Shown in pieces: positions 25,565 to 38,338 of a stretch of DNA of 64,000 nucleotides. The stretch is from Octopus sinensis (Eukaryota), in NCBI RefSeq assembly GCF_006345805.1, contig NC_043004.1, forward strand, positions 86,862,001-86,926,000. Reading direction: 5' to 3'. The notes beneath the pieces are model-generated. The model worked only from the letters and a program-made list of their open reading frames with translations, was not told where the DNA came from and searched no databases. The translations under genes and the position numbers were made by a program. Position 1 is the first letter of the stretch. The number at the start of each line of letters is the position of its first letter.

Positions 25565-25778
25565 CCCTTTCGTTACTAACCCAGCTGAAACCAGCTCTGG
25601 CTCTGTAGTACAAAGGTCTTGTTTTCATAAGTTTTGAATTAAAATCTTCCACCAAACCTTAGTCACAATTTATGTTCCTAACACTGGCTGAATAAGTTAT
25701 TTTACTAAATTTTTTGTTATATTTAAAGTAATTGAAAGAAACACAGAGCATCTCAAAATAAATACTGTAACGAAAGGG
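25565..25778. mobile_element. piggyBac-type MITE, family A
   Basis: TTAA|CCCTTTCGTTAC ... GTAACGAAAGGG|TTAA: perfect TIR and TTAA target duplication. Confidence 0.88.
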
Positions 25779-28105
25779 TTAACACTTTATTGTATTGGCC
25801 TTGTAAGGATGAAAGGCAAAGTTAACTTTGTTGTGATTTCATCTGGAAAAAATCCAGCAATGTGTATTTCCCCACACTAACAATTCTGCCTATCTTAACA
25901 CCTTATCTAAATTGTATATAATACAAGCAGATTGCTGCAAGAGAGGCTTTACAGTTCAAATCTATCCTGTCCCAGCTTTGTGTATAAAAACTGCTCAGGC
26001 ATGGAGAATCTGTAAGATATGCTTCTTGTAAGGGGGCAAGCTGGCAAACTCATTGGCATTCCGGGCAAACTGCTTAGCGGTATTTCGCCTGTTGCTACAT
26101 GCTGAATTCAAATTCTGCCAAGGTTTGCCTTTCATCGTTTCGGGGTTGATAAATTAAGTACCAGTTACGCACTGGAGTCGATGTAATCAATTCACCCCTC
26201 CTGCAAAATTTCAGGCTTTGTGTCTGTAATAGAAAAGATATGCTTCTTGTAAAGATGCTGAATGTGTATGATTAGGAGACCAAATACCTTAAGAGAGAGT
26301 GAGAGAGAGAGGGTAGGGTTGGTGGTTTACACATTCCACTTGTTGAGGGATAGGTCAACAAAACAGTGAAATAGTTAACAGCGTTACGTTTTAGTGTAAG
26401 CAAGTGGTAACTCTAAAGTATTTCTGCAACTACAGCGAATAATAACTAAACGATAAGCTGCACTTGATATTTATAGCAGGTCGTTGCGTAGGTGGTGAGT
26501 AGGTAAAGGTTTTATTATTACAAAGAGATGAAGGCATTGCGCTGGGCAAAATTGTTCGGCATTTCGTTTGTCTTTGTGTTCTGAGTTCGAACTCTGTCAA
26601 GATTGACTTTACTTTTCATCCTTTTGGAGTTGATAAAATAAGTACCAGTTGAATACTGGGGTCGATTTAAATGACTTAGTCTCTCTTCTGAACTTGCTGG
26701 CGTTATGTCAAAATTTGGAACCATTATTACAAAGGAATCTGAGCGTGTCGTGAGAGGGAGGGGAAAGATTTAAGTTGCTGTACTCTACATAAGAGCTTTT
26801 GTCTTTAGTCTCAGTCATGGGAATGTGGTCATGCTGGGCACCGCCATGAATGGTTTTAGATTAACACATTAACCCCAGTATTTAAATTTTAAAGTCTGGT
26901 ACTTATTATATTGGTCTCTTTTGCTGAACTGTAAAGTTATGGCACACATAAACAAACCAACACTAGTTGTCAGTTATTAGCCAGGAGAGAACTAACACAC
27001 ACATATATGAAGGACTTCCATACAGTTTCTACTTACCAAATTTACGAGGTATTGGTCAGTGTGAGGGTACAGGAGAAGACACTAACCCAAGGTTCCATTC
27101 AGTGGGATTGAACTTGAAGCCATATGGTTACAAAGCAAGTTTCTTAACCACACAGCCAAGTTTGCACTTATAAGAGTAACAAGACAAAATTATATTTTCT
27201 TCTGAAAGATCAGAAATTGTGTACAGTCTAATTGAGAACTAACTTAACCAGTACTACAACTACTGCAGAGAGAACAAGCAAGTGTGGCAAGTCAAAGAAT
27301 GCAAGAAATTGAGAGAATTTATTATAATGTCTAGAGAGCAAAATGGTTTTGAATTCCTTATCAACAAAACTGAACGTTGTTTGTTCATGGCTTATGAAGA
27401 AAATATGCTCTCAAGTGAAATCTTTTAGAAGAGTGTTAATCACTGCATATTTATTTTATTTGTATATGTGGTTGGTGGTTGTTTGTCAGGTCAGTCTTAA
27501 TCAAGCAGGTTTATGATCAAAAGCATTCCATCCATGACCATTCCATGTTTTTTCGGTAAATAAATGTATCAAGGGCTACATTATTTAATGTTCTTACTAT
27601 TTCTTGCATGTTGAATGACTTATATTGAAGCTATCAGGTTTATTATAAAGGTTCAGACATAGCTGTGGTTTTAAAAAGCTTGCTTTGCACTTTTGGCATG
27701 TCTTTTACTGCAGCTCTGGGTTGACCAATGCCTTCTGAGTGAGTTTGATTGATGGAAATTGTGAGGAAGACTGTTGTATATATCGACATGTGTTTGCTTT
27801 TGCCTCATTCGCCACTTAACAATTGGTATTGGTTTGGTTGCATCCCTGTGCTTTAGTGGCAAAAGTGTAATAAAAGAGATTGATAGAATAAGTACCAGAT
27901 TTCAGAAATAAGTACTGATTCTAAATATAAAATATAAATATAAAACAAAAAATACACATGGTGCAAAGAGGAAATCTTTTGACAAGGCTAAATTTGTTTC
28001 TTGCACAGAAGACTGCTTAGTTCCAGTTTCCAAACATCACTTTGAATTGTGGTTTCATGTAGTTTAAAATTTGAGATAGTTGCAGATTGAGGTACAAGAT
28101 TTTAA

Positions 28106-28252
28106 CCCTTTCAATTCCAACTGCCTGAAACCACCCCTAGTTCTATGATACAAACTCTGTTTTAAAGTGATCTTAATTAAAACCTTTAATTAAGTTCTTC
28201 ACTATTTTCAAAATTAATTGAAGCAAAGACTGCTTCAACAGTAACAAAAGGG
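28106..28252. mobile_element. piggyBac-type MITE, family A (short)
   Basis: TTAA|CCCTTTC ... GTAACAAAAGGG|TTAA. Confidence 0.7.
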
Positions 28253-30434
28253 TTAAAAAGTTAAAATCTAAAAACAGCAGTCAAAGGAGATAGGTTCTTC
28301 AAAGGCACAAGTCCTGAAAGAAAGAAATAAAGTTTTTTTAACCAGTTGCTTAAAGGTAACATGACAAAAGTGAAATTAGTATTCTAAAATTTAAGTGTTG
28401 TTAGATTCGTGTAGCTTGTGTGAATTTTTTGTCTCATCATCATCATCGTTTAACGTCCTCTTTCCATGCTAGCATGGGTTGGACGATTTTGACTGAGGGC
28501 TGGCGAACCAGATGGCTGCACCAGGCTCCAATCTCGATTTGGCAGAGTTTCTACAGCTGGATGCCCTTCCTAATGCCAACCACTCCAAGAGTGTAGTGAG
28601 TGCTATGTAAATTCTGGAAGCATTCATCTGGATACAGTGAACATATAAATGATCATACATAGACATCCAACTTCCCCTGTAGTGCACAGATGGCTTCCAC
28701 AACCAACTGTTTGTCATGCTGCATTGGTAATTTTTCCATCCACTTCTTATGACCATATTGAAGATGTAGTGTCAAAAAACCACATACAAACATTGCTAGA
28801 AAATGGGTGGGACAAAATGTTAATAATTTTTATATTGAATGGACAGTATATGGAGGTTGATTAGACATCTATTGGGAATAACATTATACATATGTAACAA
28901 AAACACCACCAAAAGTGAGCATTGTGAGGAGGCCCATTCTTATACAATAATACAAATTCTCAGAAAAATTTCAACTGGTATTGGATATATTATTGTATAT
29001 ACATTCACTGATTTCAAACTTTTGGTGCTGTTGCCTTGCTTGGACACTAAGAGCATTTTTAGTTGATTATATTGAGTCTGGTAATTATTTTATTCATCCT
29101 TATTTACAGGATAGCTTAACTACCACAATGCACCATAACACACACAGTACACGAAATTAATTAAAAATTATACTGTAAAAAATTGAGAAGTTTTTCTTAA
29201 ATTTTTTAAAGAAATATTGTAGTGATACAATAAGAGAATAAAAAAAACAAAACAAAATCCAAAATTGACTTGCAGATTATAATTTTCAAGTTCATGATAA
29301 TTTCTCATATTCTGCATTATTCAATCAATTTGGTTGAATAAACCATTAGGCCAAAATCAAGATCCAATCTGAAACTTATTTTATAATTTGACTCTACTAT
29401 AAGTTTTGAGACACTCCTCGCTCCAAGTAAATGTTCTGTTATCCATAAAATTCCTTTAAAACAATCCTGTATGCAGCTTTTTGTACAGTTTATGATGTGA
29501 AATTTACACTGACAAGTTAGTAATAATTCTGATATCTACAGTAGAAAAATACTTTTCTTAGGTGCTATGCATCGGGGATACAGCCTAAAGCTGATTGCAA
29601 AGTTAACCTTTTAACCACATGGCTATGTCTGCTCATCCCCAAATTCAGAAGTGCTAATAATTCGCTTGATCTCTGTAATTTATAACCTAAACTAATTTAG
29701 TTCGTTTTTTTTTTTACATGGAAAAAAAAATCCCTCTATTATAAACATTTACATCAATACATCCAGGCTTTACAAATATTAGTATGTGGGTTTTATGTTA
29801 TGTACACACTCCCACTGTCATCGGCACATGAGCATATAGTTTAGAAGTTTTGCTCTGAGTGAGAGTAATAATACGTCCAATTGATTTATTATATAAGAGA
29901 GAGAGTTACTATTTTCAAATGTAAATATGATAAGGAGTTCTGAATTGGCTGATTATTTACACTTGAACACCTATGCAGCAAAAAGACAAAACAACAGGTT
30001 CCTCTTGTAAAAAGGAGATACCTAGTGGGTGTTGGCCACCATGTAAACCAAATGACCTAGTTTAATAAGTTATTTGCCTTCCAGCAACTTGTCCTGTGTC
30101 AATCGAGATTAAGTGGCTTCTGTTTTAAACATTGGTGCACCTTTCAGTTATGAGCTTGGTTGATACAGGTGTACTACGGCTTTAGTTGCTATAATACTGT
30201 GTCTGCATTGAAAGATTAAGAAAGAGTGAAATATATTTGAAGATAAGTTGATGCTCTTAAAAAAACCTGGTTGATAATTATTGTTGTTGTTTTCCAGCTC
30301 CATATCAGCCCTGATTAATCAGAACTATGAGCAAAGGTATTCCAGTTGTAACCATCCTTTTTTTTTTTTTTGTATATCTAGGACTACATTATCCTGTGTG
30401 TTTTTTAAATTGCTGCTACATCTAGCACTTAGAA

Positions 30435-30808
30435 CAGTGCTTTCCAACCTGGGATTCCCACACACCTGGGAGTGTGCAATGGTATTTCAGGGGATGTGAC
30501 AAGAAGGAATAAACTTTATTATAAACATTTTTAATTTTCTACAGTATTGTATTTGGTTAAATAAAGAAGTTAAAGAAAATTTGTGAAAATTAATAGATCA
30601 TGGATTTTATTTTATGGATTTTATTAAAATCTATGTGCAATGAATCGGTTATGTTTCTACAATACACAAAGTATTTTAATTTTTTATATAACTTCTAATA
30701 GTATTTAATGATAAATATATAGTAAGATTTCTTTATATATAGTGAATGGCTGTGGAGGTCCAGTAGAGTGAAATAGGTCTGTAGGCAAAGAAGGGTTGAA
30801 AACCACTG
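30435..30808. mobile_element. hAT/Charlie-type MITE
   Basis: CAGTGCTTTCCAACC ... GGTTGAAAACCACTG; 8-bp flanks ACTTAGAA and ATATAGAA. Confidence 0.7.
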
Positions 30809-32273
30809 ATATAGAAGCTTTCCTGTTGACTGGTAGTAGAATAATGAGATGAAAAAAGATTATGAAAGGATCTAGAAAACTTGTTGAATGATGACAAGAG
30901 CAGTAATAAGTCTTTCAAGCTAAGAAGGGGATGTGTGCAGCAAAGGAACAGAACCTAAGACATGTTTGAGATTAATCAACAAAACTCTATATTCGAGTGG
31001 TCAGCTATAGCTGTAATATGGTATTTGATTTGGACAAAAAACAAACTGTGTGGTAAAAGTTGTTAGAGAAGTTCTGTTACTCTATTTAACAAACTCCAGT
31101 GAAAGATAGATCACTGAATACACGTTTTTACAGGCTCTATCATATATGAAAGCTTGTATATCTTTTGGCTCATTTAACAATCATTGAACCTAAGGCTTCC
31201 AAAGAAATAACAATCTTGCTCTTATTACCAATATTGCCATGTGTAAAGGATCCACGAGTTAAGGATTCTTCACATGCAAAGCCTTTTAACTTTTCTTGTA
31301 ATTACTGAATTCCAGAAGCTGCCTCTGTTAGATAAGATGCTGAAATCTCTTAGATTCTGAAAGAGCGATCGAATCTACATTTGTCATTGATTACATAAGT
31401 CTTATAATAAATTCTGCTTGTCATTGTGCTACTTAGCCTGTGATTAGCCTGTGTTACTTTCATGTGATTAGAGAAAAGAGTGAGAGAGAAGCGTTTATGA
31501 CGTGAGGTAGAGGGAATGTAATTGTAATGCTTTCACATGATTAGCTGAAGGGAAAGAGAAGAGAGAAAAAGAGGATAAAGTGAAGTGGGAGACAAAGAGG
31601 GAGAGGGAGACATTCATGACATGTGATAGGGAGAGCGTAATATTTATTCGTGGTTAAAAAAGTTAGTTGGAGGTAGAGGAGAGGAGTTTAAAATATGATT
31701 TTAGCAGAAGGGTGATGTTCTGATGTTGATCTTAAACAAAAGCAGAGAGAGATAATGCTGGTGGTGGTGATTGCATTGTGAACTTATTTATATTACCTAT
31801 CACTTAACGCATGCACATAAGTGCAATTCCATGAATTATTCCTGCTTATTTTTGTGGCAGATATATGCAATTTAATGATAGCTTGTATCATATGTATGGT
31901 ATATTTCTTTTTGGTTTATGGGGGAAAAATAGAAAAATAAGGGTGAATATGTATTTTATGAGTGCTATGTATTAAGTCTATAAAAGTATATAAAGTGCAT
32001 TAAGTAATCATCGTATTTTAATTTCTTTTACTTTTCAATGAGTAGCAGATCTTTCCATACAGGCAACACAGGCTATGCTTTCAGGTTTTTGGATAAAGTT
32101 TTCGGAAATAAACCCAATAGGTTTACCATTAATTCCATGAGATATTCACGGGTCCTGCTAGTTATTTTAATATTTTGATAACATATGTTTGCATTTTTAA
32201 TACTCTCAGCAGATTCAAATGTAAATTTGCTAATTGCTGTTGTATTTCTTCTTAGGAGAACTTCTTTCATACC

Positions 32274-32275
<2 letters not shown>

Positions 32276-32306
<31 letters not shown>

Positions 32307-32800
32307 TTAACGTCCGCTTTCCATGCTAGCATGGGTTGGACGGTTCAACTGGGGTCTGGGGAGCCCGAAAGCTGCACCAGTCCAGTCAGATCTGGCAGTG
32401 TTTCTACAGCTGGATGCCCTTCCTAACGCCAACCACTCCGAGAGTGTAGTGGGTGATTTTATGTGCCACCGACACAGGTGCCAGACGAGGCTGGCAAACG
32501 GCCACGCTCGGATGGTGTTTTTATGTGCCACCGACACAGGTGCCAGACGAGGCTGGCAGACGGCCACGCTCGGATGGTGTTTTTATGTGCCACCGACACA
32601 GGTGCCAGACGAGGCTGGCAGACGGCCACGCTCGGATGGTGTTTTTATGTGCCACCGACACAGGTGCCAGATGAGGCTGGCAAACGGCCACGATCGGATG
32701 GTGCTTGTTACGTGCCCACAGCACGGAGGCCAGTCGATGCGGTACTGGCTACGGCCACGTTCGGATGGTTTTCTTATGTGCCACGTGCCACCGACACTGG
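32276..32800 (-). mobile_element. RTE 3' UTR module with 62-nt minisatellite
   Basis: (CAT)n tail at left, conserved core, then units starting at 32461, 32523, 32585 and 32647 plus degenerate copies. Confidence 0.88.
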
Positions 32801-34194
32801 TACCACGTGTGTTCATAATACTCGAGGGGACTATGGAACATCTGATGTTTTGACATCATTGTGTCTCCTCATCGAGAATTAGCCACAGAGAGTTGCAATG
32901 TTTGTATGTAATACAAGCATTTTTTTTTCTTCTCATTCTATAATTTTTGTCAATTATGTGTTGTTTGTTCTCTGGTAGGCCACCAGAAAACTGTAAATTT
33001 GAAGATGAAAGGTGTCATACACTGGAAGAATTATCGTTCACAGCCAGTTTGTCTACGTATCCTTGCCATCGCTTTAGTGGTTGGTGCACCATTATAAAAG
33101 TTTTCTATATTAAGCAGCCCTAGCAGTTAGCTAATATAATAATCTAAGGCTGCTTCAACATGCCAAATTGCATTTTAACTGCTAATATATAGAATCATAT
33201 CACTAGTTAGTGATAATTCTTTTGGTTTATTGTCGACACCATTATCTCTTAGGTACCTAATATGTTCGTAACTAGCTTTGTTTTAGCTGGTATGTTATAG
33301 GTAGGGATTTGAAATGTGTTTCCTGTTTTGTTAACCTTGTACAATCCTCTTTCTGTTCTTCACTTGTCACACAGGATTGGCGTATTCTGCACTTGCATCT
33401 ATTATCAAATGGACAGTTGTCATTGATACAGCAATATTGTTAGTTTGTCTCTGTGAGTGACCCAGTAGTGTCACTGAACATTTTCCAGGAAAGTAGGAAG
33501 TGTTTTGAGGGAATTTAACTACTATTTCTAGGAAGTTGTGCAACCACATAGCAGATGTAATAACATATGATGGTAAGATAGCTCAGTAGGTAAGGTACTG
33601 GAATATCTAATCTGATTGTGAGTTCAAACATACTTACGGTATTTCATTGTATCTTGTCAAAATACTTGTTTTGATTACTCACTAGCAATTAAGAGATTAG
33701 AATATGTAGACTAATATCCTGTTAAGTGGGGGAAAAATTTAATCTCTGTGAAACCCTAGCTTGGGCACCAACCATTAAAAGACACTAATGGCTCAATCTT
33801 CATCATTGTTTTTACATCTTTTTCATACTTGCATGGATCAGATGGAATTTATTGAAGCAGATTTTCTGTAGCTGCATGCCCTTCCTGTTGCCAACTCTCA
33901 CTTGTTTCTAAGCAAAGTAATGTCTGTATGGCCATGCATGCTTTTCATGGAAGGTTAGAAATGAATGATCTTGCTTGTATGATGATGATGATGCTCATTT
34001 ACAACCATCACATGATGTCTAGACAAGAGTACACATACACAACCGTCTTCTTTCAGTTTTTGTCTACCGAATTCACTCACGAGGCTTGTGTTATCCTGGA
34101 GCTATATACTAGAAAATACTTGCTCTAAATGCTGCACTATGGGACTGAACTCAAAACTGCATGGTTGAGAAGCAAACTTCTTAACCACTCGATC

Positions 34195-34660
34195 ATGCCC
34201 AGCCTCACCTGGCCCCCGTGCCGGTGACACGTAAAAGCACCATCCGTTCGTGGCCGTTTGCCAGCCCTGTCTGGCCCCCGTGTCGGTGGCATGTAAAAGC
34301 ACCATCCGTTCGTGCCCGTTGCCAGCCTCGCCTAGCCCCCGTGCCGGTGGACACGTGAAAGCACCATCCGTTCGTGGCCGTTTGCCAGCTCTGTCTGGCC
34401 CCCGTGTTGGTGGCACGTTAAAAGCACCATCCGTTCGTGGCCGTTTGCCAGCTCTGTCTGGCACCTGTGCAGGTGGCACGTAAAAAGCACCCACTACACT
34501 CACGGAGTGGTTGGCGTTAGGAAGGGCATCCAGCCGTAGAAACACTGCCAGATCTGACTGGGCCTGATGAAGCCTTCCAGCTTCACAAACCCCAGTTGAA
34601 CCGTCCAACCCATGCTAGCATGGAGAACGGACGCTAAATGATGATGATGATGATGATGAT
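34195..34660 (+). mobile_element. RTE 3' UTR module with five ~62-nt units
   Basis: AAAGCACC recurs about every 62-63 nt from 34234 to 34484, followed by the core and a (GAT)n tail. Confidence 0.88.
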
Positions 34661-37182
34661 GGAACTCACTGAAATCCTGAAGCCACTAGTTTTTACTAAA
34701 CAATGTGACACATAAAAAGCATCATTTGAGTGTGATCGATGCCAGTGCCTCCTGACTGGTCCCATGCTGGTGGCACATAAAAAACACCAAGCATTGTTTA
34801 TGCCAATACTGCCTGACTGGCCCTTGTGCCAGTGGCACATAAAAAGCACCCACTACACTCTCAGAGTGGTTGGCGTTAGGAAGGGCATCCAGCTGTAGAA
34901 ACCTTGCCAGATCAGATTGGAGTCTGGTACAGTATGGAAAGCAGATGTTAAATAATGATGATGAATGTGGAGGATCTAAGCTTAACTTATGCTATATTGA
35001 TAGCTACAGGCATAGCTGTGTGGTTAAGAAGCTTGCTTCCCATTAAACTTTAGGTGAGTGTCTTCTATTATAGTCCTGGGTAAACCAAAGCCTTGTGAGT
35101 GGATTTGGTAGATGGAAATTGAAAGAAGCCTGTTGCGTGTGTTAGTGTGTACCTTTGTCTTGACATCATTTGATGATTGTAGATCAACACTATTGTCACA
35201 CAAGTGTTACTGTTTGTTTTCCAGTATCCCATGAAAAATATATCTGGCCATGGAGAAATATTAACTTAGCCATCATCATTTTATGTCCGTTGTCCATGCT
35301 GGCATAGGTTGGACAGTTTGACTGGGCTGGCATACTAGAAGGCTGCACCAGGCTCTGGTCTGATTTGGCATGGTTTTCTACAGCTGGGTGCTTAACCATT
35401 TCCAAGTTGATACAGCTTGGCACCAGTGACATCGTAAATCATTTTCTACAGTTAAGTGAACTGGAGCAACATGAATAAAGTACCTTGCTCAAGAACACAA
35501 CACACAACCCAGTTAGGGAACTGAACTTGCTACCTCATGATTGTGAGCCTGACACCCTAACCACTGATCCATGTGCCTTCACTCATACATACACAGTATT
35601 ATCAAGCTGAAAATAAGTGCTCAGTGCTGAATTTGGCCACAATTTCCAAATGAACCCATTGGTTGCCATGTTAATTCGTTAATCAAGTATGCATACAATG
35701 AGCTTCTTTGCATTTTTATCTACGAGATCCACTCAAAAAGTCTTTGATCAGCCTGATGCTATACTTGTAGAAGACACTTGTCCAAAGTGCCACACAGTGG
35801 GACTGAACCTGAAACCATGTTGGAAAGCAAACTTCTCAAACCACACACATCGGTGATTACATTGCCCAATGTATCATTCATTTCAAACTGTAGGGGGAGA
35901 TTTGGCTATTATTTACAAACCAGCTAAGACAACACATAGATGCTTCCTTATGTTGACTTGAGAATTGATGAGTTTCACTTGCTTTGGTACAAAGTTCAAC
36001 TACTGTGGGGGCGCACTTCCTGTAATAGATCAATACCACATCCAGAGAGAGGGAGAAAGGGGGGGGAGAGAGAAAGATTTATCTCTCACCTCTAAGTAAA
36101 CATTACCAAAACCAGAGATGAATGCCAACTCAATGGATCTTTGTAATTCGGGAATGATTAATTGGTGTGTTTTTTTGTTACTTTTCTTGCACACCAAAAG
36201 TTGTTTGTTGATACTTGTGGCTCTTATATTATTTTTATTTTATTTTTGTCTCAGTTTCTGATCATATATTATGGTGAGACAGAAGTTCCCCCCTTAACTT
36301 GATTAATTAATAGTCTCATTCATTTTATCTCATTGTGGTCATTAAAATCTATGATGTAGGCAGGAAACTCTGTCTGTTGGAATGTCACCATCACCATTAC
36401 AATTCCCTCTCTCCAGCCCTATCATATTTGTGGTTGTTATCAAGGAGTTCCTCTTTTTCTGGCATGAATCAGATGACTGCCTGTCTTTCATGTTACCTCT
36501 CTGCCCAGCACAGTTTTTCATTTTGCACAATGTAAAAGTTGTTACTCCTCATCCTCTCTTGATTTGTTATAATTCTTTAAGGGAATAGATTATGTTTCCT
36601 CCATCCTCTTGTGAATTTATTGTTTTAACCCTTTTGTTGCACAGGCATGGCTAGCTTTCCAACCATATGGTCTCTGGTTTAATCCTACGGTGCAGCACCT
36701 TGGGCAAGTGTTTTCTACTATGAGTGTGTATTCCCTTGACATCACATGATGGTTATAGTCAAGCATCATCATTACACAGGTGATGTTTGTTTGCAGTCTT
36801 CTGTGGAGAACACATCTGGCCATGGGAAATATGTGGCTTGGAAACGGGTTGGTTTTAGAAAATCTGCCTCGACAAATTCCTTCTGACCCATGCAAGCATA
36901 GAAAAGTGGGCATTAAATGAAGATTTTTTTAAATTTTTGACATACACTTCGTTTTCAATTAAGATAAAAAACAAAGAATTTTATAAAATAACTTGATTAT
37001 TAAATTGGTGTTTGTAACATAAATTCACATGAAATCTGATTTAAACTTACCATATCTGGCCAAAATATTCTGCCTGTTCTATGTTCAAATCAGCCAGATT
37101 TGGTCTCTCATATCAACCTTAAAATTCATTCTAAAAATTTTTGACAGAATAATTTGAATGCTAAAGGGTTCAATTACTTTAA

Positions 37183-37402
37183 CCCTTTAGTGTTCAGATT
37201 ACTCTGTTAAATGTAATATTTTTTTACTCAAATTGTTTTGAATTAATCATACATTATCTTATAGCTTTGAGGTTTCAGTGATGTGATTGTTTATTTTTTG
37301 AATGTCAGTGTAGATTAGGTGTGAGAGGCCAGATATCACCAGTTTGAATATAAAACATATAGAATGTTTGGGCCGGATATGGCCGGTTTAAACACTAAAG
37401 GG
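37183..37402. mobile_element. piggyBac-type MITE, family B
   Basis: TTAA|CCCTTTAGTGTT ... AACACTAAAGGG|TTAA, 220 bp. Confidence 0.88.
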
Positions 37403-37462
37403 TTAAACCTTTGGTATTTAAACCTATATCTGGACCAGATATTCTACCTGTTCTATGTTTAA

Positions 37463-37637
37463 TCCTTTTGTTACCAACCTGGCTGAAACTAGCTCTGGCT
37501 CTGATTACAAATAACTTGTTTTCATAAGTTTTGAATTAAAATCTTCCACCAATTTATGTTCCTAACACTAGCTGAATGATAACTAAGTTATTTTACTAAA
37601 CACAGAGCATCTCAAAATAAATACAGTAATGACAGGG
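37463..37637. mobile_element. piggyBac-type MITE, family A, nested in a family B copy
   Basis: TTAA|TCCTTTTGTTACC ... GACAGGG|TCAA; interior homologous to 25565-25778. Confidence 0.7.
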
Positions 37638-37742
37638 TCAAGCTGTCAAGGTCTGGCTTCTTACAAAAATAAACAATCTCATCATTGGAATCTCAGAACC
37701 ATGAGATAATGCATGGTTAATTCAGAACAATGTGAGTAAATA

Positions 37743-38120
37743 GGCACAGAGGTAGCTGTGTAGTAAGTAGCTTGCTTACCAACCACATGGTTCCGAGTTT
37801 AGCCGCACTGCGTGGCACCTTGGGCAAGTGCCCTCTACTATAACCTCAGGCCAACCAAAGCCTTGTGAGTGGATTTGGTAGACAGAAACTGAAAGAAACC
37901 CATTGTATATGTATATATATGTGTGTCTGTGTCCCCCCAACATCGCTTGACAACTGATGCTTGTGTGTTTATGTCCACTTGACTTAGTGGGTTGGCAAAA
38001 GAGACCAATAGAATAAGTACTAGGCTTACAAAGAATAAGTCCTGGGGGCGATTTGCTTGACTAAAGGCGGTGCTCCAGCATGGCTGCACTCAAATGACTG
38101 AAACAAGTAAAAGAATAAAA
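37743..38120 (+). mobile_element. Major tRNA-head SINE nested in the MITE cluster
   Basis: Full head, microsatellite and tail; MITE sequence resumes at ~38132. Confidence 0.85.
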
Positions 38121-38256
38121 ATATATATTATATTTGACAAAGGGTTAGAACAAAGTTTGTAACAGACCCAGAGGTAGTTTCAGGTAGGTTGGTATCAAAA
38201 GGGTTAACTTTCAAATCTTTCTTTTTCCTCTTTCTCCTTCCTTCCCTCATTTAGTT

Positions 38257-38260
<4 letters not shown>

Positions 38261-38334
<74 letters not shown>
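38261..38334. repeat. (CT)n microsatellite
   Basis: Direct reading. Confidence 0.95.

Positions 38335-38338
<4 letters not shown>

Noticed and set aside
26300-26520. Small CpG-containing unique patch in intron 1 as an enhancer
   Set aside because: No interpretable motif cluster; it cannot be distinguished from an unrecognised repeat without comparative data.
30840-31400. Possible decayed coding fragment
   Set aside because: Trial translations gave stops and no motif I could recognise.
32461-32708. CRISPR-like regular array
   Set aside because: Units are contiguous tandem repeats without unique spacers, in a eukaryotic intron with no cas genes.
32307-32882. Long ORFs of 139-176 aa (and 168 aa at 34102-34608)
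   Set aside because: Produced by the GC-rich 62-nt minisatellite; periodic peptides in all frames and no domain.
34563-34590. CTGATGA in the RTE module as a hammerhead core
   Set aside because: No downstream stem II-GAAA, and another copy reads CTGACGA in an unrelated context.
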